DNA of 64,000 nt from a virus. Positions 50,310 to 60,163 of this stretch are shown piece after piece (position 1 is the first letter of the stretch; every line of letters begins with the position of its first letter). The notes beneath the pieces were generated by a model that worked only from the letters and a program-made list of their open reading frames with translations, ran no database searches and had not been told where the DNA came from. The stretch covers positions 17,272 through 81,271 of IMG/VR virus record IMGVR_UViG_3300010430_002753; one strand, 5' to 3'. The translations under genes were made by a program, and so were the position numbers.

Positions 50310-51464
50310 TTAATGATCTACTGTTGTGTTATTAACTTCTTTATTTTCTTCATTGTCTTTTATAATATCTTTTCCATCTTCATCTATAATATTACTATGA
50401 TCGACGTTTGTAACATATTTCATAATTTTATGTTCACATATTTTTTCATACATCCACTCTTTTATTTCTTTATTAACAGGATCATTTATAATAGAACTAA
50501 AAGATTCTGAAGTGAACTTTATTTTTTCACCTTTATACTCAAATGAATTTGTTCCAACTACATTAAATTTTTTAAGTTCAGATAGCCATGAACCGACATT
50601 ATCTATTCCACTATGAAAATATAAAGGAAATTCAATTTTCCTAAAAGGAGGTCCAACTCTATTTTTAACTACTTCTGCTCTAATCATAGCGCCCATAGGT
50701 TCTTTAGTTGTTTTATTTATTAACTTTTTAATTCTCGTTAATTTTATTCTTGTTGACATATGATATTTTACAGCCATACCGCCGGCAGTATCGTATTTTT
50801 CACCAAATGCCATTGCGTCTAGTTTTGCTCTGAATTGATTAACTACAACAAAAGTAATTTTTCTTCTTGCTATTTTTTGAGTTAATTTTCTCATAGCCTT
50901 TGTATTAATTTTAGCTTTAGCTGTAGCAAAACCATCTACTCCATAATCAGATTCCATTTCTGTTGCTGTTGAAGCACCAGCTAAACTATCTAATAAAAAT
51001 GTAACTGGGACATCTTTATTTTTACTTCTAATAGAATCAATTATCATTTCTATCATTTCATATATTTGTTCTAATGTTTCTAAATGAAAATATATCATTT
51101 TTTCTAAATCTACACCGATAACTCTTAAAAAATTTCTATCTACTGATGCTTCAGTATCTATATATACTGCAACACCGCCTTGACGTTGTGTATCAGCTAA
51201 CATATGCGCACCAATTAATGATTTACCACCACCAGATTCTCCAATAAGTTCTGTTATTCTTCCCATTGGAATACCTGCATTAGGTCTATTTGATATTATT
51301 AAATCCATTAAATCACTACCTGTAGAAATCCACCCAGGTATATCTGTTGGTGTTAATCTATCTGTAAATTCATTTAATAAATATGCTGCATCATGACCTA
51401 GAGATTTTTTAAAATGTTTATTTGCATCATCTACAATATTTGCAATATCTATTTTATTACTCAT
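50310..51464 (-). CDS. recA: RecA/UvsX-like recombinase
   Basis: ISTGS, GRITELIGESGGGKS, YIDTE, DSLA, NQFR, GGMAVKY and VVKNRVGPPFR motifs. Confidence 0.93.
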   Translation of the reverse strand: MSNKIDIANIVDDANKHFKKSLGHDAAYLLNEFTDRLTPTDIPGWISTGSDLMDLIISNRPNAGIPMGRITELIGESGGGKSLIGAHMLADTQRQGGVAVYIDTEASVDRNFLRVIGVDLEKMIYFHLETLEQIYEMIEMIIDSIRSKNKDVPVTFLLDSLAGASTATEMESDYGVDGFATAKAKINTKAMRKLTQKIARRKITFVVVNQFRAKLDAMAFGEKYDTAGGMAVKYHMSTRIKLTRIKKLINKTTKEPMGAMIRAEVVKNRVGPPFRKIEFPLYFHSGIDNVGSWLSELKKFNVVGTNSFEYKGEKIKFTSESFSSIINDPVNKEIKEWMYEKICEHKIMKYVTNVDHSNIIDEDGKDIIKDNEENKEVNNTTVDH

Positions 51465-51536
51465 AATTATCCTTTTTAATAGAAAAATAAGATTTATACA
51501 GATTTATAGTATAAATCTTATTATAATAACTTTAAA

Positions 51537-52328
51537 TTATTTTGAATTGTTTAAAACATTTTCAAATTTGTTTAAAACTGCTTGTTTGTCTAAATTTTGT
51601 TCTGTTGTTTGGTTTTCTGAATGTTGTTGAGTTTCAGTGGTTTCTTCAGTGTTTGATTTTTCAGGATCTGGATTAACATGTTTATCTAATTGAAATTTTA
51701 ACTCGTCATATGTATATCTAGGATATAAATCTTCAACTTTTGATTGTTCTTCAAGAATTTTTCTCATTAATTCTGTATCAGAAGTAACTGCACTTGGTTT
51801 AGGTAATACGTCAATAGTTGTTTCTCCATATTTATTACCACATTCTTCTGGAGTTCTAGATGTTACTTTTACCCAATTTCCTTCATAAGGATCTGTTATA
51901 TCGCCAAAATCTGCATCACTTACAATTTCAAGTAATTTTTGATAAATTTTAATACCAAAACCCCAAAATCTAACACCTTGATCTTCTTCACCTTCTACTA
52001 CTACAGGCACAAAAGTTCTTAATTTTGGTTCAAGACCTTTAGCAGTTTTGTATTCTTCTTTATCTAAATTTCCTTCACTTAACATAGCTTCAGATAATTC
52101 AATAAACGGATCTGCTTCATTATAAGTTTTTGGTGATAACATTGATGGTTTTCCATTAATTCCATAATGGAAGTATAACTCTCTAAATGGATTACCTTTA
52201 TCGTAAGTATAAGGTACAATTCTAATTTTAGATGAACCTTTTTTAGGACGCCAAATATTTTTTTTGCTGCTGTTTTTTGATTTTAATACACTAAGTTTAC
52301 TTTTTAATTGTTCCACATTAATTCCCAT
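51537..52328 (-). CDS. Single-stranded DNA-binding protein (T4 gp32-like)
   Basis: WRP..G..KIRIVP, PF.ELYFHY, GVRFWGFG and DFGDITDP.EG motifs; acidic tail; next to recA. Confidence 0.82.
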   Translation of the reverse strand: MGINVEQLKSKLSVLKSKNSSKKNIWRPKKGSSKIRIVPYTYDKGNPFRELYFHYGINGKPSMLSPKTYNEADPFIELSEAMLSEGNLDKEEYKTAKGLEPKLRTFVPVVVEGEEDQGVRFWGFGIKIYQKLLEIVSDADFGDITDPYEGNWVKVTSRTPEECGNKYGETTIDVLPKPSAVTSDTELMRKILEEQSKVEDLYPRYTYDELKFQLDKHVNPDPEKSNTEETTETQQHSENQTTEQNLDKQAVLNKFENVLNNSK

Positions 52329-52435
52329 TTTTCATTCTCCTTTGGCCGTTTGCCATTTGTCTTTCTTTTTTTGTTGTTTTTTCATTTGTCATTATTTATT
52401 TGTTGTTTTTCTTTATATAAATATCAATAAATAAA

Positions 52436-52897
52436 TTAAATGAACACTTTTTTTACATTATCTAAATAATTTTCTTTTGTTTTCTTACTATATACTTTTT
52501 GAATTACTATATTAATTTTATGTAAATCATTATTTTTTAATAACAAAAATTTATCTGAATAATTATCCCAATTTACTCTATATTTAGGATTTGGCTTTCC
52601 ATCGTTTAATAACCAAATTAATCTATTTAATGCGTTAATTGTATAAAAAGTATTTGTTCCTCTTTTTCTTTGAATTAAAATAGTATTTGGTAAATATTGA
52701 ATTCTCTTTGATGGATCATCTTCTTTATATATATTATATATACAATATATATCATCAGAATTTTTATCTTTAATTACTGTTATTTCCTTATTATCAAGCA
52801 CTGAATTAAACCTAAATAAAATTTTTTTAACTGTTTTTTCTAAAATCTTCTCAGTTGTTTGTGTGCATAATAATTGTGTTTTTACATGTGTTGTCAA
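52436..52897 (-). CDS. Phage hypothetical protein (TQLLCT...RKRGTNTFYTINALN)
   Basis: TTG start with AAGGAG RBS; lies between polymerase and SSB. Confidence 0.72.
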   Translation of the reverse strand: MTTHVKTQLLCTQTTEKILEKTVKKILFRFNSVLDNKEITVIKDKNSDDIYCIYNIYKEDDPSKRIQYLPNTILIQRKRGTNTFYTINALNRLIWLLNDGKPNPKYRVNWDNYSDKFLLLKNNDLHKINIVIQKVYSKKTKENYLDNVKKVFI

Positions 52898-52968
52898 AAT
52901 GTTCTCCTTTTTTTAGTATAACCTTTTAATTGATTTGTAAATTTTTAAATGTTATTTTTTATTGTTAT

Positions 52969-54324
52969 TTATTTTAATTTTTTTAATTCTTTATAATTTA
53001 ATCCATATTCTATATGAACTAAAAATTTACTTTCGCAACTCATTATATTTTTTATATCTTCTATAATATTTCCATCTTCAAAATTATAATCAACTAATAT
53101 TGCGTCATAATTATATAATACCATTTTAGATTTTTTATTTTTTAAATATTCTAATAAACTTTGTAATACATCTAGATTATTTTTAGTTTCTAAATTCTGA
53201 ATTATATAATTAAATAATGTTCCTCTATTAGCAATATTATTATTTTTTCTATTTATTAAAGGAATATATTGCCTTCCAGTTGACTTATATTCATACCATA
53301 TCATATCTATAAAATCACTAGTTTGTTTTATAAATGGAATATATTTATATTCTTCAAATCTTGCACTATATAATAATTTAAAAGATAGTTCTTTACCTTT
53401 TGCTAACATTTTATCACTTGCTATTTCATCAACTCTAAAATATTTTTTAGTTAAATATTCATGTATATGCTCATTTTTTGGAAATTCATAATCTATTAAA
53501 TCTGCTATTAAAGATAAATGATATGCACTATAATCAAATTCTATTAACATTCCATTTTCTTTAAATCTACTAACAAATGATTTTCTAGTATCATCTTTTT
53601 TATTTAATGCAACAAAATTTATATTATTCATATTATTTGAAGGTCTACCTGTTAATGTAGTAAATGAATAATCTTGATATATTTTATTATTAGATATATT
53701 AAAATCTTTATTTATTTTTTTAAAGTGATTATCAAATTCTTTAATATCTAAATATAATCCTGGTTTTTCTAATTCATAAAATATTGGTATTGCTGAATTA
53801 TTATAAATAACATATTCTTCACAATTTATATCCATATTAATAATCGTTTTAATAAAGCTATTTTTTATATTATTACAAAATTCATAATGTTTATAAATTG
53901 GTATTATCAAATTTATTTCTTTATAATTTGGATATTTTATATAATAATGGGTATATGCTTTTGTCGTATAATTATTAATATTATAATTTTTTAGTTTATT
54001 TAAATAATATAATAATTGTATATCATATATATTTTTATTTACATCAAAAAAATACATTAACTGTTTTTTATTTATTGTATACTTTTTAAAATTATTGTCA
54101 ATTACTTTTTTAAAAATATCATCTTTTTTTATATCACTATTTGGTGCTTCTGAATGTTTTATTGTTATTACATATTCTTTTTTAGAATTTATCATATAAA
54201 CATAAACTAATGATAAATCATTAACTATACTATGAAACTTTTTATTGAATGTTATTGGAATAATTAATAAATCTTCTTCAAACTTTAATTTATTAAATTC
54301 TTTTGATAATTCTATTATTTTCAT
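52969..54324 (-). CDS. Short family A DNA polymerase-like protein
   Basis: TLTGRPS, motif A EFDYSAYH, motif B KELSFKLLY, NYIIQ, motif C YNYDAILVD. Confidence 0.8.
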   Translation of the reverse strand: MKIIELSKEFNKLKFEEDLLIIPITFNKKFHSIVNDLSLVYVYMINSKKEYVITIKHSEAPNSDIKKDDIFKKVIDNNFKKYTINKKQLMYFFDVNKNIYDIQLLYYLNKLKNYNINNYTTKAYTHYYIKYPNYKEINLIIPIYKHYEFCNNIKNSFIKTIINMDINCEEYVIYNNSAIPIFYELEKPGLYLDIKEFDNHFKKINKDFNISNNKIYQDYSFTTLTGRPSNNMNNINFVALNKKDDTRKSFVSRFKENGMLIEFDYSAYHLSLIADLIDYEFPKNEHIHEYLTKKYFRVDEIASDKMLAKGKELSFKLLYSARFEEYKYIPFIKQTSDFIDMIWYEYKSTGRQYIPLINRKNNNIANRGTLFNYIIQNLETKNNLDVLQSLLEYLKNKKSKMVLYNYDAILVDYNFEDGNIIEDIKNIMSCESKFLVHIEYGLNYKELKKLK

Positions 54325-54453
54325 ATTATTAATAACCTCATAATGATATTTTTAAAATAACCTTTCGTATATATTAAATTATAAAACTATATACGAAAGG
54401 AATGTAGGAGAAGCAACGATGTTCTTGTTAAAATAATTTTAATTGATAAAAAT

Positions 54454-54481
54454 ATTATACATCTTTTAAAACTTATGTCAA
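54454..54481 (-). promoter_or_regulatory. Sigma70-type promoter for the replication genes
   Basis: TAGTTGACA-N16-TATAAT. Confidence 0.75.
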
Positions 54482-54488
54482 CTATTTT

Positions 54489-56129
54489 TTAAAACTTTTT
54501 TGTCTTTATTTTATTTAAAATTTTTACTAATTTTTTATTATCTATAATAGGCAAATTTGAGTAATCACCTTGTATTGTATATTGTCTTTTTATGCCATCT
54601 CTACCTATAACCATTGATGGATATACTGCTACAAAATGTTTATATCCAAATACCTCTATTATATCTTTATCGTTATTTGTATTTTCTAATTTAAAAACAG
54701 TTCTTCCAGGCCATATTTCATTTGTTAAAATCCATAAATGTCTACCGTTTGTTGCTGTCTTTTCATATATTATATTATCTAAATTTAAATTGTCAACTAA
54801 ATAATCGAAAATTTTATTTATTTTATCATTGTATACATCTAAATCAATTATTATAAAATAATTACCGTTAATTATTTTTCCTGTTTTTATTCCTATATTA
54901 TTATCTTCATTAAAATCGTTTGCAGTATACATCTTATTATAAGATTTTTCTATATCAAATTTATCTGCGTCTATTGATTGTTTTGATAATGGGCCAAATG
55001 GAGCTATTTCATATCCAACATCAATATATTTTTGAGCATAATCTTTTATGTTTTCTATATTATTATAATTATATACACCTTCACTGTCAGTAAGATCTTG
55101 AATAAATTGTAATAATGAATTTCCAGAAACTTCTTGTATTTTATTAAAATCTATTTCTGTTACTTGATAATCTAAACCATTAGATGGAGTTGCTACTATA
55201 TAATTACCTCTTCCAATAATTTTACAATCTTTAAAATATATAGTTTCTAGATATGAATCGGTTGTATATACAAATATTTGAATTCTATTTTTAAATTTTC
55301 TAAAAAATGTATTATTTGTAAATTCTAATATTTGTTCTACTAAACCTGGATTAGGCTCAATAACGGTTAAATATTTATTTTCATCATTTACAATAGTTCC
55401 AGTTTTTATACCAATATTTAAATTACTATTTGAAAAATCTAACATATTATATTTTGTATTTAAAAATAAATATAAATTATCTATAATATTTTCAGGATAA
55501 ACACTGTTACTTTTTAATGGTATAGAATCAAATCCTAAATTATTATAAGTAGTATAATATATCTGATTATTATTTTTATTTACACCTGGTGTATTTCCTT
55601 GCTGAAATATTAATTCGTCTTGTGGCTTATAATATTCCATCAAATTTGATAATTTATTTTCTAAACCTATTATATAATCTTTATTTTCATTTACTTGAAT
55701 TCTATTATGAACAACAACGGCTTCTGTGTTTCCATTTATCATCCATTCAATACTTATCTTTTTATAATATTCTGAATCTAAAGAATTATATTGATTTTCA
55801 TCTATTTCTATTATAGAAATTTCTGAATTAAATTTTTGTACAAAATATCTTAATAAAAAATTATTATCATAATCTATATTTATAGGTTTTACTTCTTTAG
55901 CATATATTTTTTTAATTCTACTATAATCTTCATTTATGGTTTTATAATATTCAACTTCGTTATCAATATCACCTTGTAAATTTTTACCAGTATTTTCTAT
56001 TAATTTTAATTGTATTGATATTCCAAAAATATATTCATTGCCAGTATATGAATTATTATCTGGGCCTATAGTATACTGACCTATATATGGTATGTTATTT
56101 AATAAAAATTTTGTTCCATCAGTATACAT
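54489..56129 (-). CDS. Fusion of a baseplate-operon hypothetical domain with tandem Prim-Pol (bifunctional primase-polymerase)-like domains
   Basis: C-terminal NIGIKTG...IIIDLDV...KTATNGRHLW...FVAVYPS; degenerate copy NIGIKTG...GNYIVATPS upstream. Confidence 0.7.
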   Translation of the reverse strand: MYTDGTKFLLNNIPYIGQYTIGPDNNSYTGNEYIFGISIQLKLIENTGKNLQGDIDNEVEYYKTINEDYSRIKKIYAKEVKPINIDYDNNFLLRYFVQKFNSEISIIEIDENQYNSLDSEYYKKISIEWMINGNTEAVVVHNRIQVNENKDYIIGLENKLSNLMEYYKPQDELIFQQGNTPGVNKNNNQIYYTTYNNLGFDSIPLKSNSVYPENIIDNLYLFLNTKYNMLDFSNSNLNIGIKTGTIVNDENKYLTVIEPNPGLVEQILEFTNNTFFRKFKNRIQIFVYTTDSYLETIYFKDCKIIGRGNYIVATPSNGLDYQVTEIDFNKIQEVSGNSLLQFIQDLTDSEGVYNYNNIENIKDYAQKYIDVGYEIAPFGPLSKQSIDADKFDIEKSYNKMYTANDFNEDNNIGIKTGKIINGNYFIIIDLDVYNDKINKIFDYLVDNLNLDNIIYEKTATNGRHLWILTNEIWPGRTVFKLENTNNDKDIIEVFGYKHFVAVYPSMVIGRDGIKRQYTIQGDYSNLPIIDNKKLVKILNKIKTKKF

Positions 56130-58031
56130 TTATAAATTATCTCCATTTGCATCAACATCTAATCCAAATCTCATTATACCAGCAATTTCTGTGTCCCATT
56201 TACTAGCATCTATTTTATCGACAACTTCTGTTATTTGAAATGCTATATTATTTTTTTCATATCTTTCTGGTAAGTAATCAACAGAAAATAGATTTCCAAA
56301 TTCTAAACCTGATATTCCATCAATTGTTAAACCCATACTTATAGGCAATAATCTATTATTGCTTATTCTATTATTATAATTAGAATCTGGTTCATCTAAT
56401 AAATTTTTATAATATTCCCACATAACTTCTGGTATTATGGCTTTATGAGTATGTCTTTTTTTTAATAATAGTTTATTTAATTTTTTTTCATTTTGTTTAT
56501 ATTCTATAGAACCTTTATAATCAGCTTTTTCTATAGTTTTAACACTATTTTCTTCTCTAATTTGTTTTAATAATCTATCTTCTACATCACCAAATAATCC
56601 TTCTATAGATAAATTTTCAGATCTATCTGAGTGTAATGAATGAAGTGCAGCCGTTTTAAATGTATCAGGTATATTAGATGCAACATCAATATTTTTTACT
56701 ATTGAATCGTATTTGTAAACTGGGAACATAAATAATTTATCTTTATTTTCAGAAATTTCATTTTGTAACCATCTAGAATCTATTATTTTACATTTGCCTT
56801 CTTCTGTGTCTGGTAATAAAATTAAATTCCAATATCCAGCAGAGTATTGATTTAACATATCTAATAAAGAATTAATAGCGTCCATTATTGTTTCACTATT
56901 TGTAAATATTTCAACAACAGTATCTAAATTAATTAATATGTTTCGAACAACACCAACACTTTTATCTTTTGCTAAAATATTAACAAAATTTTTTGCACCA
57001 ATAATACCGACAGGATTACCAGGTATTATAAATTTTTTATAATCTAACGATCTTAATTTTGAATGATTTCTAATAAGAACTTCAGATTTTTCTCTTGTAA
57101 ATTTATTTGTATTAGTACTTTCAAATACACTGATACTATTTTTGTCGCTACCTCTAGTTACAAATGGTTTTATTATATGGTTTTCTATAAATCCTATTGG
57201 AACATAAGTAGATCCACCAAATAATTTTTTAATTTCAACTGGTTTAAAATCCTTTATACTATCAACATAATCAGAATCTGAACATTTATTTTTTAGAGTT
57301 TCTACAAATGATTTAATATTTTGTTTTTTACCATCTGCTATATCTACGTCTAATGAATCTTCTATTTTTCTAAATGCCGCTTCAAATCCTCTAGCTGTTA
57401 ATTTTACTTTACAACTAAATGTTCCATTAGTATTCATTGACCATCCAAAATCTGTAACATAACCCATCATAATATCAGAAGAGTAATTTGTATTTTTTCT
57501 AAATCCTCTTATTAAATCTGGTAATTCTTCATTAGTTAATTTTTCTACACCATCATCATATTCAATTCCAGATTCTACATTTATATTGCCAAATTGATCT
57601 ACAGTCCAACCCCATTGTAATACACATGTAGTTCCAGGCGTCATATATAAAGTTTCAATATTAGTTAATTGATCTCTAGTAAAACAAACTATATTTAATT
57701 CTGCAATTCTTATACTACCATATTTACCTCTAGATGATATAGTTGCAGTTTGAATTATTGGTGTAGGTCTTAATGGAATATCGTCTATCATAGCATATGA
57801 TTTATCAAATGTTCCGTCATTAGACACTACTGTTCCTTCTAAAATATATGATTCTGCTAGGTTTTTAGGTAATTTGTCGTTCATTGGAATAACGTTAGAA
57901 AATAATTTTATCCATGGTATTCTAGAATTCCATTTTAAATACGAATCATTATCTTTTTGTGATTGTAATTCTATACGTTTATTTAAAATTTTAACTACAT
58001 CATTATTTATATTTGAACCGAATAAAGCCAT
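56130..58031 (-). CDS. Putative baseplate hub / tail-tip protein
   Basis: GSIRIAEL, YMTPGTTCVLQWGW, VTDFGWS, TIDGISGLEFG and WDTEI motifs; follows the LysM wedge gene. Confidence 0.65.
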   Translation of the reverse strand: MALFGSNINNDVVKILNKRIELQSQKDNDSYLKWNSRIPWIKLFSNVIPMNDKLPKNLAESYILEGTVVSNDGTFDKSYAMIDDIPLRPTPIIQTATISSRGKYGSIRIAELNIVCFTRDQLTNIETLYMTPGTTCVLQWGWTVDQFGNINVESGIEYDDGVEKLTNEELPDLIRGFRKNTNYSSDIMMGYVTDFGWSMNTNGTFSCKVKLTARGFEAAFRKIEDSLDVDIADGKKQNIKSFVETLKNKCSDSDYVDSIKDFKPVEIKKLFGGSTYVPIGFIENHIIKPFVTRGSDKNSISVFESTNTNKFTREKSEVLIRNHSKLRSLDYKKFIIPGNPVGIIGAKNFVNILAKDKSVGVVRNILINLDTVVEIFTNSETIMDAINSLLDMLNQYSAGYWNLILLPDTEEGKCKIIDSRWLQNEISENKDKLFMFPVYKYDSIVKNIDVASNIPDTFKTAALHSLHSDRSENLSIEGLFGDVEDRLLKQIREENSVKTIEKADYKGSIEYKQNEKKLNKLLLKKRHTHKAIIPEVMWEYYKNLLDEPDSNYNNRISNNRLLPISMGLTIDGISGLEFGNLFSVDYLPERYEKNNIAFQITEVVDKIDASKWDTEIAGIMRFGLDVDANGDNL

Positions 58032-58041
58032 TTAATTATCC

Positions 58042-58332
58042 TTATGAATTATTATTTTTTAAATCGCTAATTATTTTTTTATAATTATACGGTATTATTA
58101 TTTGAGTTCCTATTTCAATAAATTGAGAATCAGCAGATATTTTATTAAACTTAGCAATTATCCACCATAAAGAAACGTCATTATAATATTTATATGCAAA
58201 TCCTTGAAAAGTGTCTCCATATTTAGTTATTATATAAATATCATTATCGCTTTTTTTATTATCTACATTTGGCAAATTAGTATTTATATATCTATTATTT
58301 TTATCTTTTTTTGTATATTGATATCTATTCAT
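58042..58332 (-). CDS. LysM-like baseplate wedge protein (T4 gp53-like)
   Basis: GDTFQGFAYKYYNDVSLWWIIAKFN...GTQIIIP. Confidence 0.82.
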   Translation of the reverse strand: MNRYQYTKKDKNNRYINTNLPNVDNKKSDNDIYIITKYGDTFQGFAYKYYNDVSLWWIIAKFNKISADSQFIEIGTQIIIPYNYKKIISDLKNNNS

Positions 58333-58335
58333 TTA

Positions 58336-60150
58336 TTAATTCCTTACCCAATTATTTCCTTCAGGGTCCCAACTATCTTTAATTCCACCAAAGTGTCTAC
58401 TTGTAGAAGTTTGTAAACTATCTCCAATAACAGTAAAGTTAATATTTAATGTTGCGCCTATTGGAACATTTATAACGTCATCACTATTATTTTCTAATTC
58501 CCATGTAAAATCATCATCCCAAACTATATTAATATTGCCAAAGAATCCAGGAGTATTTTTTAGTAAATCTCCTAATGTTAATTTTACTAATGGTGATATC
58601 ATTCTATTATCTTGTGTGTGATGTGGGTAATTTAAACCTTTTAAGTAATTTAATTTTACATATAAAGGTTTTAATTCTTGTCTAGATAAAGCAACTACTC
58701 TCAAATTAAAGTTGAAAGATCTTTCAACCCCTGTATAAATATATGATGGAATTGCTCTACCAATATATTTAAATGCATCATATGTAGGAGTACTATTATC
58801 AGTTATTCCAGTTATATATGATCTAAATCTTATATATTTTCTATTATAAATGTCAAATATTTTAAATATTGCTAAATCGTTTAAATCATTTCCTTCTTCT
58901 CCATAGTCTAACATAGATAATTTATCTTGTGTATCTAATAATGGTATAGTTCTATCACTTCTATCTAAATTTATATTTCCAGGATTTCCTAAGCCATAAT
59001 ATATTTCTAAATCTTTAGTTCCTTTTTTAGTTATAAAGGGTGCTGTTACTGTAGGTTCATAATTATTACTACCATATCTTCTATTAGACCCATTATCACT
59101 TGCAATATCTTTAATTTGAGTATAAGACAATGCGGCGTATCTAGCCATACTATCATTATCTATAGATGTGTCAACTATATTTTTAGGAAATGGAGAATTG
59201 TCAACAGATTCTTCAATCATATCTTCTATTTTTGATGTTATTTTAGAAGAATTTGGTTTTCTAGCTATAGGAATATCTTTAGCGTATTCAAATATAATAC
59301 CATTTGAATCTTGATATATTCTATTATCTCTATAAAAGTTTTTTAATACTACATCATTACCACCTTCTTCAAATCTAAATATATTAGTAGGTGTTACAGA
59401 TAATACAGGTTGTATTGGAATATATTTATCTAATGTAAGAGAACCTACCTGTGATGTTATCATATCATTATAACTTTTTTTATATGGAAATACAGATGGA
59501 TTTGCCCATAAGTTTGCAATACTTAAATTTTGAAAATTTATATTTATAAATCCTAAATTATTAGATATAGATTCATTATAATTTCTTTCTCTTAAAGAAT
59601 ATGAAGTTTCTTGTCTTTCTATCCAATTAGAATATAATAAATCTAAATTAGTTAAACTTCCGCCGGCAACTCTTGCTGCATTAACTCCCGGAACTCTAGA
59701 TTTAGGAATAGCAGTTATATTAAATAATCTTGTATCTAACCTAGCATTATGTTGTTGTAAAAATTGTTGTTCTATATTAAATAATATTCCCTTTGAACTA
59801 GCTAAAAATTTACCTATTCTTATTTCGTCTCTAATTAAACTTCCAACTGGCAATGTTCTACTATCATATTTAATTAAATCTCTTTCTAATTTTGAATCAT
59901 TAGGTTTTATAATAATAAATGGTTGATTAAACACTGATGGTAATAATCCACTGCCGTCAGATAGATCTCTTATATTATCTTTTGAATATATATTATACTC
60001 GGCATTTATATCTTGATCAGAAATTTTTTCTGGAGAATATATGCTCAATTTATTAACAGATTGATACGCGTTAGGATCTATTCTATCAGATGTTGAATCG
60101 TAATTAGTATTTATTTTTGAAAGATCACTTGTGAAATTTACTAAAGCCAT
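58336..60150 (-). CDS. Putative tail tube initiator / baseplate protein
   Basis: FRSYITGITD, YIGRA, ERSFNFN, KLNYL and PLVKLTLGD...PGF motifs; follows the tape measure gene. Confidence 0.65.
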   Translation of the reverse strand: MALVNFTSDLSKINTNYDSTSDRIDPNAYQSVNKLSIYSPEKISDQDINAEYNIYSKDNIRDLSDGSGLLPSVFNQPFIIIKPNDSKLERDLIKYDSRTLPVGSLIRDEIRIGKFLASSKGILFNIEQQFLQQHNARLDTRLFNITAIPKSRVPGVNAARVAGGSLTNLDLLYSNWIERQETSYSLRERNYNESISNNLGFININFQNLSIANLWANPSVFPYKKSYNDMITSQVGSLTLDKYIPIQPVLSVTPTNIFRFEEGGNDVVLKNFYRDNRIYQDSNGIIFEYAKDIPIARKPNSSKITSKIEDMIEESVDNSPFPKNIVDTSIDNDSMARYAALSYTQIKDIASDNGSNRRYGSNNYEPTVTAPFITKKGTKDLEIYYGLGNPGNINLDRSDRTIPLLDTQDKLSMLDYGEEGNDLNDLAIFKIFDIYNRKYIRFRSYITGITDNSTPTYDAFKYIGRAIPSYIYTGVERSFNFNLRVVALSRQELKPLYVKLNYLKGLNYPHHTQDNRMISPLVKLTLGDLLKNTPGFFGNINIVWDDDFTWELENNSDDVINVPIGATLNINFTVIGDSLQTSTSRHFGGIKDSWDPEGNNWVRN

Positions 60151-60163
60151 TTATTATTCTCCA

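Noticed and set aside
41754-54324. Inteins or introns in the RNR, helicase, RecA or polymerase genes
   Set aside because: Lengths are ordinary or short, and no intein splice motifs or homing endonuclease ORFs were seen.
54791-54800. Extra TGTCAACTAA match
   Set aside because: Inside a coding region with no convincing -10 box; probably chance.
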